Below are positions 25,531 through 37,907 of a stretch of 64,000 bases of DNA, piece after piece (position 1 is the stretch's first letter; each line of letters begins with the position of its first letter). The stretch is taken from NCBI GenBank assembly GCA_964270895.1, contig OZ185445.1, one strand, 5' to 3'. The stretch comes from Podarcis filfolensis. Lineage: Eukaryota. Position numbers and translations under genes: made by a program. The notes beneath the pieces were generated by a model. It saw nothing but the letters and a program-made list of their open reading frames with translations, made no database searches and was not told where the DNA came from.

Positions 25531-27544
25531 TATGTACCTTGTTACACAGGTGCAATAGTTACAACATATAGAGTGCAACAGGCTGAATGGTAATGTAAGT
25601 AACAAATTTCTTTACCGGTTACTTCCTAACATACGAATCAAGTCCAGGATGTACACTATATACAACCCTTAAGCAAGGTATAGAAACTACTTAATTAAAT
25701 CCAATGCAGATATATTTCTTCCTTTCTTAATACACTGGCAGCATCTCTCCAGGAAGTCAGGCAGAGAAAGATCCATCACACAATCATAGGAGGCTGACCA
25801 CTTTCACCCTTCATCGTTCCCCATCCTGATGAACCTACGCAAGCCAAACCAACGCAGGGCACTTCCCACGAAGAAAGGTGTATCCAGAGCAAATCTTTCC
25901 TGGTGATTTAAGCAACAGAACCGCACACCTTCATTTATGAGTGTGGCCAAACCTTGGCAATGGCGCTACAAGTGGCACAGGCAATTGGAGCCTGCAACAG
26001 TCATGCACTGAACCATGAGAGGAGACCCAGGCTATGCTATGGCAGACCTAAAGGCCTGCCAGGCTGTCGGTCTCCTCTCTGGCATGGTGGTGCTGTGTGC
26101 TACTTGGCTCAGGAAACAAGAGGCAATACCGTACCAAGGTAATTCAGCAGCAGTGTGTGGCAGAGCCAACACAAAACGCCAGTGGCCACCATTACCTTGG
26201 GGCAAGTTAAGCACACACCTTAGATTTAATAGTTGCAGTGGGTCATATAGAACTGCAGGCAACATTCTGAGCCTTAAGCAAAAATCATGATCGATAATAG
26301 ATAATAGATAAAGAGAAGTAGACAGATAGATAGTAGATTGATAGATGCAAGTGTTCAGCTCCTACTAAAGGAATATATATTAATGCAAAGTCTTCTTTTT
26401 GGATATCATAAAGGGATCTAGCTAAAATTTGCATTTAAAAGAAATGTAAATCTCCATGTGCGTACACTACAAAAACAATTAAACTGTGTTCAAAGTGGCA
26501 AGAATTTCATTTTCTGTCTCATTATGTGTGAAAATGGGTTATCTGTGTTATATAACAGACCCCGAGTGAAAATAACATTTGTTAATTTCATGCTGCTCCC
26601 AGGAGTTATCTGCCTACGTCAGGAAACTGCATTGACCGTCAGAAATATACATCTATCTTTGGAACCCATCTACAGATTGAATTGCAAGTGCCTTTGATAC
26701 AGCTGCTAAGAGGTTATGTCTGGCCAGGACTAAGCAGGAAAGCTTGAATCGCTCTTGGATCAAGGCAGTGCCATTAAACCCCTTGATTTCATAAGCACCA
26801 AATTCCATCATTAATAAAACAAAAAGGAACGCTATTTGTTCTCCTGAGTAAAAACACAGCCTGTGTGAAAAACATTCTGTTATCAGAAATTCAATACCTT
26901 TGGGCTTAAAAACTGCATTTGTGTATACACACACACACACACACACACACACAACATGCACACTTATCTTAAATTTGAAGAAAACATTGTCAAAAACAAT
27001 GTCAGTCTCCAAATTTTATTTGCTCTTTCACCTACGTATTGTTTTCTTTTCTGCAGCATCTTTGTTTTGTTACCTTATTATTTTGTAAGATACTTTGAAA
27101 ATGCCTTAACTTGTAAAGTGGGTTCATAATTTAAATGAATGAATAATTGAAGTGGGGCTTCTGGTGAAAGTGAGTTAGCGCTCAGCATCACAACATCATG
27201 AAAACTGTACTATACACTGCAGAGGAGGAAGGGCGAAATCAACAGGTTCCAATAATGGCCACATTCAGGAGATCTCAGTAAGACAAGACATGAACAAATC
27301 CTGTGCTCCCACATGCGAGTGCTTTGCTCCTGCCATCATACAAGGGGGCAGAAGGGGAAGGAAATCCAGCTCCAACTGAGCTGCTCAGCCAAGCCGTGAC
27401 CCCCATTTATGGGTAGCTGCCAGACCTGAATGAAGACTAGCCAGCCCAGGTCCACGAGCCAAGCCACACACTCTAGCCTGCCTGTGATTGGTCTATTCAA
27501 ACGGGCGGGCTTCCAAGGGGCCCATGTGGCCGTCAGAGGAAGGT

Positions 27545-27795
27545 GAAGAAGAAGAAGAGTTTGAATTTGATATCCCGCTTTATCACTACCCAAAGGAGTC
27601 TCAAAGCGGCTAACATTCTCCTTTCCCTTCCTCCCCAACAACAAACACTCTGTGAGGTGAGTGAGGCTGAGAGACTTCAGAGAAGTGTGACTAGCCCAAG
27701 GTCACCCAGCAGCTGCATGTGGAGGAGCGGAGACGCGAACTCGGTTCCCCAGATTACGTGACTACCGCTCTTAACCACTACACCACATTGGCTCT
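27545..27795 (-). mobile_element. tRNA-derived SINE (Squam3-like) with (TTC)n tail
   Basis: Minus strand starts GAGCCAATGTGGTGTAGTGGTTAAGAGCGG...CGAGTTCG (A/B boxes); near-identical copy at 31314-31527. Confidence 0.85.
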
Positions 27796-28463
27796 CCAAT
27801 GGTCACGAGGGGCTGTATGACTGCCCAGAGCAGCTGGGCTGTGCTGGACCACAACTGCCAACTCACAGGATCATTTTTCTTATCCAAAATGATAAAACTA
27901 TGGTTATCGCCTTCTAATCAAGGCCGGTTTTGAAGCTATGGTTTACAGCTGGCTTAATAACGGGTCTTCTTCAGAAGCTGCTAACCATTGTTTCCCAGCT
28001 TGGAGAGACTCCTGGCTTGTGTGCTTGCCTGGTCAAAGGGAAGAGCTGAGCAGGCTGCATGCAGAGGAATGAGACTTTTCTCTGCTTATTATGATGAGAT
28101 GAAATAATCTGAATGTAGGACCAGAACTATCTTTAGCGAGTGGCGCAGTTGCCCAAGGTGGCAGAGGATGGGGGACAGGGAGCTGTGGCAAGATGGTGGA
28201 GGACAGAGCTGTATTATAACATGCAGCTGTCCTGTGTGCTCAGTTAGCCTGCTGCCCTCAGGTATAGTGGTTGATGCTGCCCTATCACCAGGTTCAGAGG
28301 CAAACTGTAGTTGCCTGTGCGGCTGACTCTTGAACTTGCAGCAGGGGAGACGGCCATCTTGTTTTTCACCTCAGGCAGCAAAATTTCTTGGACCTGCCCT
28401 TGCTGAATATGGCCGCTCTGTAATTCCCTCCAGCCCAGAAACAAGAAAGCCAGACAACTACAG

Positions 28464-28464
<1 letters not shown>

Positions 28465-28504
<40 letters not shown>
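28465..28504. repeat. (TA)n microsatellite
   Basis: Directly visible. Confidence 0.95.
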
Positions 28505-28506
<2 letters not shown>

Positions 28507-28962
28507 CTTTGAAGTGAACAACTGTTATTAGACTTTAAGCCTCCAGGCCAGGACTGTCTTCATTTTTACCTGAAAGTGCTTTAAAAAATAGTAAATGTGA
28601 TTATTATGAAGCAAGCTGTTACCATAGAATATAACAGGAATTGATTTTCTTTTTTTTTAATAAAAGAAGCAAATAAATGCAGAGGAAGGCCTGAGAAAGC
28701 TGGGATCACTGAGCATTACGGTATACATTCTTAAAGGCTTGCATTTATTGATTATTTTTACATTAATATATATTCCTTTAGTAGGAGCTGAACATTTTCA
28801 ACCACAAACTAGCCTTAGGCATTTTCCCACCTAAAGTAAAATAATTATGCTCCTGTTTTGGAGTTGCTGCTGTTGTTTTTAATAGCACACAAGAAAATAG
28901 AAACTGAAGGCAGAAAAACTGTGCCCCCTCTAGAATCCCTGCACAAAGAGACTGTTTTGTAT

Positions 28963-29300
28963 GGACTGGCGCTGTGGGTTAAACCACAGAGCCTAGGACT
29001 TGCCGATCAGAAGGTTGGCGGTTCGAATCCTCGCGACGGGGTGAGCTCCCGTTGCTCGGTCCCTGCTCCTGCCAACCTAGCAGTTCGAAAGCACGTCGAT
29101 AAATAGGTACCACTCTGGCGGGAAGGTAAACGGCATTTCCGTGTGCTGCTCTGGTTCGCCAGAAGTGGCTTAGTCATGTCGGCCACATGACCCAGAAGCT
29201 GTACGCCGGCTCCCTCGGCCAGTAAAGCGAGATGAGCGCCGCAACCCCAGAGTCGTCCACGACTGGACCTAATGGTCAGGGGTCCCTTTACTTTTACTTT
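28963..29300 (+). mobile_element. Sauria SINE
   Basis: Near full length, slightly 5'-clipped. Confidence 0.93.
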
Positions 29301-29574
29301 ATGGAGCTGCTTCACCAAGTATCAGACCACTGGTCCATCTACATCCAGTCTACTCTGATGGACAGCAGCTCTCCACAGTCTCAGGTAGGACTGCTTCCCA
29401 GAATCCACTGTCTGAGATATTTCAACTCAGGGATGGGGAGCCTGTGGCTTTCCTGGTGTTTTGGCCTCTGATCCCCACCAGCTGTTCAGAGGAAAGTGGA
29501 GGTTGGACTTCAGTACCTCCTGAAGGCCCACAAGTTCTCCACACCTGCTTCAACTGGAACTACTGAAGATTGGA

Positions 29575-30225
29575 CCTGGAGCCCATCACCTCCTGGCAAA
29601 TAGAAGGGGAAGAAATGGAGGCAGTGAGAGATTTTACTTTCTTTGGCTCCATTATCACTGCAGATAGTGACAGCAGTCATGAAATTAAAAGACGCCTGCT
29701 TCTTGGGAGAAAAGCAATGACAAACCTAGACAGCTTCTTAAAAAGCAGAGACATCACCTTGCCAACAAAGGTCTGTATAGTTAAAGCTATGGTTTTCCCA
29801 GTAGTGATGTATGGAAGTGAGAGCTGGACCACAAAGAAGGCTGATCACCGAAGAATTGATGCTTTTGAATTATGGTGCTGGAGAAGACTCTTGAGAGTCC
29901 CATGGACTGCAAGAAGATCAAAACTATCCATTCTTAAGGAAATCAGCCCTGAGTGCTCACTGGAAGGACAGATCCTGAAGCTGAGGCTCCAATACTTTGG
30001 CCACCTCATGAGAAGAGAAGACTCCCTGGAAAAGACCCTGATGTTGGGAAAGATGGAGGGCACAAGGAGAAGGGGACGACAGAGGACGAGATGGTTGGAC
30101 AGTGTTCTCAAAGCAACCACTATGAGTCTGACCAAACTGCGGGAGGCAGTGGAAGACAGGAGTGCCTGGCGTGCTCTGTTCCATGGGGTCACGAAGAGTC
30201 GGACATGACTAAACGACTAAACAAC
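29575..30225 (+). mobile_element. RTE-BovB LINE 3' fragment
   Basis: 212-aa uninterrupted frame (ITSWQIEGE...YGSESWT...RIDAFELWCWRRLLRVPWTARRS...KLQYFGHLMRR...WLD) and a 3' end GGGGTCACGAAGAGTCGGACATGACTAAACGACTAAACAAC typical of BovB. Confidence 0.92.
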
Positions 30226-31133
30226 ATGGAGTGGAAAGTATCGCCACTGAGCTATGGGCCATCCCTTTCATGTTGGTTAGGCTTTCCCTACCAGGTGCAC
30301 AGGAAAGAGTTGTTCTCCTCCTTGCATATATGTAACAGAGGATGGCCTGCAGGCACATGGTGCCATTGTGCTACTGAAGCTAAGGAGGCCTGGCCTTTTA
30401 AGCAACCTGGATGGGAAGCCATCTGGGAGCCATATGTGAGCTGCTCTGCAGATCAAGAGCAGGATATTTCTTTTTATCATAGAAGCAACTCTGCTTAACA
30501 CAATGTCCGTAGTTTCCTCTAGGCTTGATTTCAGAACTAAGCTGGGAAATGTGGGTGTGAAATATCTTCACAGTTCATCGGGGGCACCAAAAATACAAAC
30601 ACCTAATAAGCCTGTAGTCTCCCAGTTGGTTCCCCATGGCGGGCAATTTCCTCACACGATAAAGAGGCAATGATCTGTGAAAGTGGATTAGGTGATAAAT
30701 AATTGCGCCGTTTCAAATCTTCAGGTTAATCGGGTGCATCTGCAATTATCTGGTGAACTGTGTTCATGTGTGAATTCAGCCTTTAAATGGGTTTCTAAGA
30801 CGTCCAGGATCAAACTGTCAGTCAGTCATTCCAGCATTTAGGAATAAGAAAATTAATCCATCACAGCCAAAATATGACAGTTTTGAATCCTTGGGGAAAG
30901 AAAATAGGCTATTAAAGAACACACAAACCCGGCAAAGCTTCCATTTCTCTTTCTTCCCTTTTATTGATTCCCTATATTTTTCTAAAACTGGTGTTAAAAT
31001 GAATTCCTTAATGCAACGGTGTACTATTTCAACACATTTTTTGTGGATTGAACCCTGAGCACCAAACAACAGAAGGGGGCTTTGATCATAATAACTTATT
31101 GATAAAATTACTACAAGCAAGTATAATTGCATG

Positions 31134-31313
31134 NNNNNNNNNNNNNNNNNNNNNNNNNNNNNNNNNNNNNNNNNNNNNNNNNNNNNNNNNNNNNNNNNNN
31201 NNNNNNNNNNNNNNNNNNNNNNNNNNNNNNNNNNNNNNNNNNNNNNNNNNNNNNNNNNNNNNNNNNNNNNNNNNNNNNNNNNNNNNNNNNNNNNNNNNNN
31301 NNNNNNNNNNNNN
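31134..31313. other. Assembly gap (180 N)
   Basis: Run of N next to a SINE lacking its simple-repeat tail; the gap probably hides that microsatellite. Confidence 0.99.
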
Positions 31314-31527
31314 CGCTTTATCACTACCCTAAGGAGTCTCAAAGCGGCTAACATTCTCCTTTCCCTTCGTCCCCCACAACAAACACTCTGTGAGGTGAGT
31401 GAGGCTGAGAGACTTCAGAGAAGTGTGACTAGCCCAAGGTCACCCAGCAGCTGGATGTGGAGGAGTGGGGAAGCGAACCCGGTTCACCAGATTACGATTC
31501 TACCGCTCTTAACCACTACACCACACT
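31314..31527 (-). mobile_element. tRNA-derived SINE (Squam3-like); its tail runs into the N gap
   Basis: Same sequence as 27575-27790. Confidence 0.85.
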
Positions 31528-33592
31528 AGAACAACTGGCAAAGTCTCTACTGTCAAATCTCTGGGCAATCTCCCATCAACAAAGAGTAAGGGCCATTTCA
31601 CACAACACATTCTTAGGTGTGTACTTAAGACAATTGAAGTGCACAACCTATAAAAGTAAGGTGTGAATATAGTGAGCATGCATCATTCAAGTACACTCAG
31701 AAGCAAGTGGCACAGATTGGGTGTTTTCGTACTCTTCTATCCTTGCAGACATCATGTGAGCAGCTTGGTTCTTTCAAGCAAGTGGAAGGTGACTTCATTA
31801 GGGAAGGCTGCCTCACATTTTAAGATCCCACTTCTTAGAATCATAGAATTGTGGAACTGGAAGGGACCCTGAGGAATATGCAGGTGTCCCATACAGGGAT
31901 GGAAACTACATCCATTGCATTATCAGCACCACACTCTAATCAATCTATCCAGGCATTCAAGAAAGAGGCAGTGAAGTTGTCTTTTGCAGGTGGGGGGGGG
32001 GGTCAATGGCAGTTCATATTTCCTCTCACACCACAGAGCCAAGAAAAAAATTCAAGGTGGGGTAGGAAGGTAGTTAAAGTACCATAAAATAAATAAATTA
32101 TGGAGCCAATGTGTTGAACCAAGTGCTGAGCCAAGATTCAGCCCGGGACTTCAGAGAGCTGAGTTTGATTCCCACGCAGCCACAAAGTCCTCCTGGTAAC
32201 CTTGGGCCAATCACGGTATCTCCCAGGGCCAAAGAGAGGGTTAAAAAAAGGAAGGGAGAACTCCCTGAGCAACCTAGAGGATACAAATGGTATTCTAAAG
32301 ATCAGGGATGGGACACCCTATAGACATTGTTGGATTCCAACTCCAATGAGCCCACATGGCATGATCTGGGTTGGTGGGAGTTGTTGTCCAACAACTGCAG
32401 AGCCACTGGTCGCCCACATCCTTGATGTCAATATTCAGGTGTGTTTATCTCTCTTTAGTATACTTCACAGAATCCAGGGCTTAGGATTTAACATTAAGAA
32501 AGGTTTCAGGACCAAGATGTTGTATGAGCCCGGGGGGGGGGGGGGATTTCTTAAAGAAAAAGAAAAAAAAAAAGCTCAATCCAGCTGGTGGTGTTTCCAA
32601 ATGACTCTTAAAAACAAAGGGTGATTGCATTAGTTCAGGTGCTTGCAATGGCTTGATAGAATGTTTAAAGACTTTGCCAAGGAAATTATGTCAGCAGCTA
32701 GGCTGCTGATATAGATAGTTCCCTGGAGCTCATTTCTGTTCGCAGGCAGCAATAACACGAGTTTTTCAGCTCATCATCTGCAAGGCCTATTTTGTGCCTC
32801 TGCATTCGGCAGCCCTTTAATCATCGAGACTCGCCAGGCTTCATGTCCCCAGCAGGTTTCCCCTCTCCTGTTATGCATGGAAAACAAATAAACTCCGCTT
32901 GCTTTCATTCAGGGAACGAAATAATGGGGGAAACAGTTTGAAGTCAGAACTCCAATAAAAAGCCGGGCAGGTCCAGATAGCTCTAATTGAGGGAATGTGG
33001 AGCAACTACATCAGTATTTCTGATCTCTACAAGGTAGAGGCGTAGGGGACTGCAGCCTATGCTGACCCCCTGACCTGTAGGAAAGGGGTGTGGGCTGGGC
33101 AGGGTCCCAAGGACCAAAAAAGAGAGGCACAGATGACTGCATATGGCCCCTAGGCTTGAAGTTTCCCATCGCTGCCTCAAATGCCTTCACATGGGGTGGT
33201 TGCTGTTGCTGGGATACTGATTCCTTGCAAAGGGCTGCATAAATTTCAGCCAGGGGCCACACTAGGACTCGGGTTGCCCAACCTCTGTAGTTAATGTCTA
33301 GTTATGGCTCAGGACCGCAATACCTCAAGGACTACCTGGACCCTGAGGTCATCCTCTGAGGATGAAAAGTCCATGAAAAGTCCGGAGAACAGGCATTTTC
33401 TGCAGGGGCTCCTTACTTGTGGAATGCTGTTGCCTTCATTATACATATTTTAGGTGACAGGAAAAGGCTTTCCTCTTTAACTAAGCCTTTAGATGATTGA
33501 CATCCGATGCCCTTTTAAATATGTTGTGGGAGGGAGATTTATTAGTTTGTTATTGTTCTTATTTTTATTACGTATGTTGTGTTTTCTTTATA

Positions 33593-33783
33593 CAGTCATA
33601 CCTTGGTTCTCGAACACCTTGTGACTCGAACATTTTGGCTCCCAAACGCTGCAAACCCAGAAGCAAGTGTTCCAGTTTGTGAACTTTTTTTGGAAGTCGA
33701 AAGTCTGACGCGCCTTCTGATTGAGTGCAGGAAGCTCCTGCAGCCAACTGGAAGCCACCCCTTGGTTTTCAAAAGTACGGCTG
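33593..33783. mobile_element. pogo/Tigger-type MITE, family B, internally deleted
   Basis: TA|CAGTCATACCTTGGTTCTCGAAC...GTACGGCTG|TA; body homologous to 61945-62177. Confidence 0.7.
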
Positions 33784-33841
33784 TACTATAATTTCATGCT
33801 GTGAAGCGCCCTGAGATCTACAGGTATATGGTGGTATACAC

Positions 33842-33891
<50 letters not shown>

Positions 33892-34066
33892 GAGACGGAA
33901 GGGAAGAAGGTCACCATGTAAGCTTTGCGCTCTGTAGGCAATCTACCTGAACCATAATTCCAATGGAAACTGCTTTGTTATTGAACCACCTATGCTTCTG
34001 GTTGGTTGGTTTTCAATTAAAGCGACACCAGCAGCAAGAAAAATGGGGAATTAAAAAATTATTTAC

Positions 34067-34517
34067 CTGCAGCGACAGTTCACTTGAGGTTAGGTCTAGA
34101 ATCCCTCCGTCTGAAAGGCGGGAGCGGTACTGCCCTGCTGGAAACGGCGAGTCAGCTTTTTGAAGTCGATCCTCCAGTTTGCTTTCTGTGCTGGATGCCT
34201 CGGGGTGCAACCCATCCATTTCCATAAGGGTGCAATGTCCATTTCCCTGCTCAGTCCTGGAGCTGCCTTTGCCGCTTTTGTTGCCTTTGCTTTCCTTGCC
34301 CCCAGGAGGAGTTCTGGTGATGACGCCAAACTTTCTAGTCCTTTTGCCATTTTGTGCTGTCTTCCCGCTGGGCTCCGAGGTAGGCCGGGCTTTGGGTTCG
34401 TTGCTGCTGCTGTTGCTGTTGTTGCCGTTCGATGGAGGAAGAGGGGCCTTGCGCTTGATGCGACGCAACATGATCAGGTAGATGAAGCCGCCATTCCAGC
34501 ACTGGTCAGCAAGGTAG
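34067..34517 (-). CDS. PDZD2: PDZD2 internal coding exon (end of PDZ1 plus linker), 451 nt, phase 2 to phase 0
   Basis: Acceptor tcatttcttgcag|C TAC CTT, donor CTG CAG|gtaaat. Translates (S)YLADQCWNGGFIYLIMLRRIKRK...GKRTRKFGVITR, matching my recollection of mammalian PDZD2 SYLAEQCWNGGFIYLIMLRR...GKRTRKFGVISR. No stops in frame. Confidence 0.93.
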
Positions 34518-34876
34518 CTGCAAGAAATGAAGGAGATGCACGCATTAAAAACACCCCGTTGCAAAATGCTGTGTGTTAAGCTCTCATCCAAGTCCTTTAT
34601 GTTGGAGGGAATGTCAACAGAGGTTCATATTTCCTTATGTGGTGAGAATGTAAGCCTGTGCAATTATTTTGGGAAACGGTCTTTGAAGAAGTCTCTTCTA
34701 TTACAAGACAAGATGATACAACCTGACCCAAGGACTGCTTTATTAAATCTGTTTATAGATGACCATAATAATTTACTGCTTAAGGACCAACTAACCTTTT
34801 CCACATCTGCAGCTAAAAATGTATTTACACAATATTGGAAAACAGCTACTAACATACATACCGTAATGTTCTATGG

Positions 34877-35012
34877 CAGGCATAGGCAAACTCTGGCCCT
34901 CCAGATGTTTGGGACTACAATTCCCATCATCCCTAGCTAACAGGACCAGTGGTCAAGGATGATGGGAATTGTAGTCCCAAATGTCTGGAGGGCCGGAGTT
35001 TGCCTATGCCTG
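34877..35012. mobile_element. Palindromic hAT MITE, 136 bp
   Basis: Near-perfect foldback CAGGCATAGGCAAACT...AGTTTGCCTATGCCTG; 8-bp TSD TTCTATGG. Older relatives at about 425-527, 5055-5180, 19700-19820, 22180-22270, 29440-29545, 32310-32420, 35775-35905, 41790-41880, 49350-49470, 54150-54280 and 63600-63735. Confidence 0.9.
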
Positions 35013-35248
35013 TTCTATGGCATTGGCTGAGATGCTCTATGGTCATGGAACGTAAATCTGACGGAAAGACACAAATCATTGGCCCCAAACTAAGGGTGCT
35101 GGGAGTGAGGCTTCCAGCAAGCCTTGGAAAACTAACACTGCATCGCTTTTTGAAGACAGCACAATGAAGCTTGTATATTAAATCTCACCTCCAGTCATTA
35201 GATGCCCAGGTGCCAATTGGTTTATCATAATGCTTTTCTGTCTTATCG

Positions 35249-35356
35249 CCTCAGCTGCTTTGTCAGTAAAACGAGATAGTAATAATACGGACCTATTTTA
35301 CAGGGTTGTTATAAGGTTTGCAAAGCTAATGTTTGTGAACCACACTGAGCTCTTAG
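35249..35356 (+). mobile_element. MIR/CORE-SINE-like remnant
   Basis: CCTCAG...GTAAAACGAGATAGTAATAATACGGACCTATTTTACAGGGTTGTTATAAGG resembles the MIR core. Confidence 0.55.
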
Positions 35357-36245
35357 GGAAAGTGTTGTGCAAAATCTAAATATAATTTCTAAGACTTATT
35401 TGCCTAATTGGGGAAGTAGGTTCCTATAACTGTGCTTATCTGCTCAGAGAACCTGAGGCTTGTGTAAAACGTTGAATTCTCTGGCTACCTGTAGACTCCC
35501 CAATCTGCACATTCCATTTGCTCAGCCCATGGTAATCCAGGTTTTAAGAGTTCTGTGAATAACATCAGAGACGTGCTCCTGCATGCAATCAATTTCTATG
35601 AAAGATTTAAACATGTTGACACCACGGAACAAATGAGAACCCCTGAACAGCATTAAGTAGGACCGAAGCTGTATCACTTCAGGCAAAGAAAATCCCAGCA
35701 GATCTTAACAGGCAGGAGGAAGCCAAGGTGTTGAAAGAGAATGGGTGGTATGGCCCTTGTGAAGAGCCTAAACACCAGGCATGGGGGACCTTTGGCCCTC
35801 CAGGTGCTGCTGAACTACAACTCCCATCAGCCTCAGCAAGCATGGTCAAGGCTGATAGGAGTTGTAGTTCAACAATATGGAGAATCCATAGTTTCCCACC
35901 CCTGCTAGCTGCAGTGCTAAAGCAATAGGAACACGCAAAGCTGTGTTACAGGCCCCATCTGCACTATATATTTAAAGCAGTACCATACCACTTTAAATAG
36001 TTACGACTTCACCCAAAGAATCCTGGGAACTGTAGTGCTGAAAGTTGTTAGGAGGCCTCCTATTCTGCTGATAGAACTTCAGTTCCCAGAGTTCCCTGGG
36101 AAGAGGGATTGATTGTTCCCACTTGAGAAATTGAAACTTGTAACTTTATACATCCAAAGCAGGCATTCCAGCCCAGAACTATGGTTCCTCCACTAAAATG
36201 ACGTTTGTTTGTTTTTCTTACAAATCAAGCCATATATAAAAGGTA

Positions 36246-36298
36246 TCTATCATCTATCTATCTATCTATCATCTATCTATCTATCTATCATCTATCTA
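36246..36298. repeat. (TCTA)n/(TCA) compound microsatellite
   Basis: Directly visible. Confidence 0.95.
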
Positions 36299-36422
36299 AT
36301 TTCTATACTGCCCTGCACTTGAGGATCACAGGGCAGTTTAGAATATAAAAATACATAAGACAGCTACAAGCAAAAACAATGCTCCCCCCTCAAAAAAAAA
36401 CCATACAGTTAAATAGACCATA

Positions 36423-36762
36423 AGGTAAAGGTTAATTAGGTCCAGTCGTGGCCGACTCTGGGGTTGTGGCGCTCATCTCGCTTTATTGGCCAAGGGAGCT
36501 GGCGTACAGCTTCTGGGTCATGTGGCCAGCAAGACTAAGCCGCTTCTGGCGAACCAGAGCAGTGCATGGAAACGCCATTTACCTTCCCGCTGGAGTGGTA
36601 CCTATTTATCTACTTGTACTTTGACGTGCTTTCGAACTGCTAGGTTGGCAGGAGCAGGGACCGAGCAACGGGAGCTCACCCCGTCGCAGGGATTCAAACC
36701 GCCGAACTTCTGATTGGCAAGTCCTAGGCTCTGTGGTTTAACCCACAGCGCCACCCACGTCC
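36423..36762 (-). mobile_element. Sauria SINE
   Basis: 11-bp TSD AATAGACCATA (36412-36422 / 36763-36773). Confidence 0.95.
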
Positions 36763-36950
36763 AATAGACCATAGATTGTTTAATTAGCCAAAAGCCTGGG
36801 AGAAGAGGAATGATTTTGCCTGGCACCAAAAGATGTGCAATGAAGGTGCCAGGCGTGTCTCCCTGGGGAGAGCATTCCACAAGCAGGGAGCCACTGCAGA
36901 AAAGACCCAGTCTTGTGCAACCACCCTGAGAGTCACAGCACTCTGCTCAC

Positions 36951-37210
36951 CTGAAATCCCCAGCAACCTGCATTCTGAGACATCCAGCCTGCAGCGGTGC
37001 AGGTGGGACCCCATTGTGGCTATTATCCTCTAGGAGAAGGATGCTTCTCCACACTGCTTTCAGATGCCCCTTCGCATCCCATTGACTTTTCCTGCCTGGT
37101 CGGGGCAAGAGACGGAGTTTCACGCACCCAACTCTCAGCGCAGCGGCTGAGACTGGATGCCGCAGCGTCATGCAAACAGCGGCTGGATTCAATCAAGTCT
37201 CTGTTCCGTT
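36951..37210 (-). promoter_or_regulatory. Candidate alternative first exon of PDZD2
   Basis: Local CpG cluster, strong donor CAG|GTGAGC at 36951, and a phase-2 frame open for 73 codons. Confidence 0.35.
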
Positions 37211-37907
37211 CTGGCAGCCAGGAAGCCAAACAGGACCCCAAACCCCACTTTTGGCAGCTTGTAAAGTGCTTGAAACCAGCCAAGCTTTCAATGAATCTGG
37301 CCTCAGAGTATTCAGAGGGTTTTGTGTTTTATTTTTCAGTGTTTAAAATCCAAATACCATAAGGATTTCAGTTGGGGTTATACGGGAATTTGCTACGCGG
37401 TTCACTCTGTATATGTTCCTCTCATTATTAGCTTGGAAGCCCCGGGCTCTCATGGAAAGCTATTTATTTTTCAGTGCTGCTTTCATATTTCAAGGCGGGA
37501 TTTTTGTTTTGTTTTTGGGGGTGGGGAAGAAATGAAATATTATTGCTAACCAGATTTCAGTTGAGCTGAGATATTGAAAACAGAAACTGCAATCACTGCT
37601 GTAGAACTGGAATATTCACTTCAGTTGGCGATGGGTGGATTCAATTAAAATCCTTGACATTAAGAAGCTGGTAACTGATTCCACTTAACCAACCAGTTCT
37701 TAGTACTTCTGAGTCACTATGCTAAATCATTATACCACAGATTCTCTAACATTTCTGCAGTTGGTCTCATTAGTACAGGATTTCAACAGTACTCAGGTGG
37801 TTCTCTGAATGTAGCTGCGATGGGATTGGGCACATGTAGCCTTCAGCCCCAACCCCAAAGAGAGAGGGGAAACCCCAAACCAACCAATGAGGGCTTAGCA
37901 TGCTCAA

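Noticed and set aside
26017-26079. Hairpin with 11-bp perfect outer stem GAGAGGAGACC / GGTCTCCTCTC
   Set aside because: The middle of the stem pairs poorly, too irregular for a pre-miRNA call.
30818-31529. ORFs spanning the N run
   Set aside because: Artefacts of translating an assembly gap.
34096-34579. Overlapping ORFs on both strands over the 451-nt exon
   Set aside because: Shadow frames of GC-rich PDZD2 coding sequence; only one frame matches PDZD2 and has splice sites.
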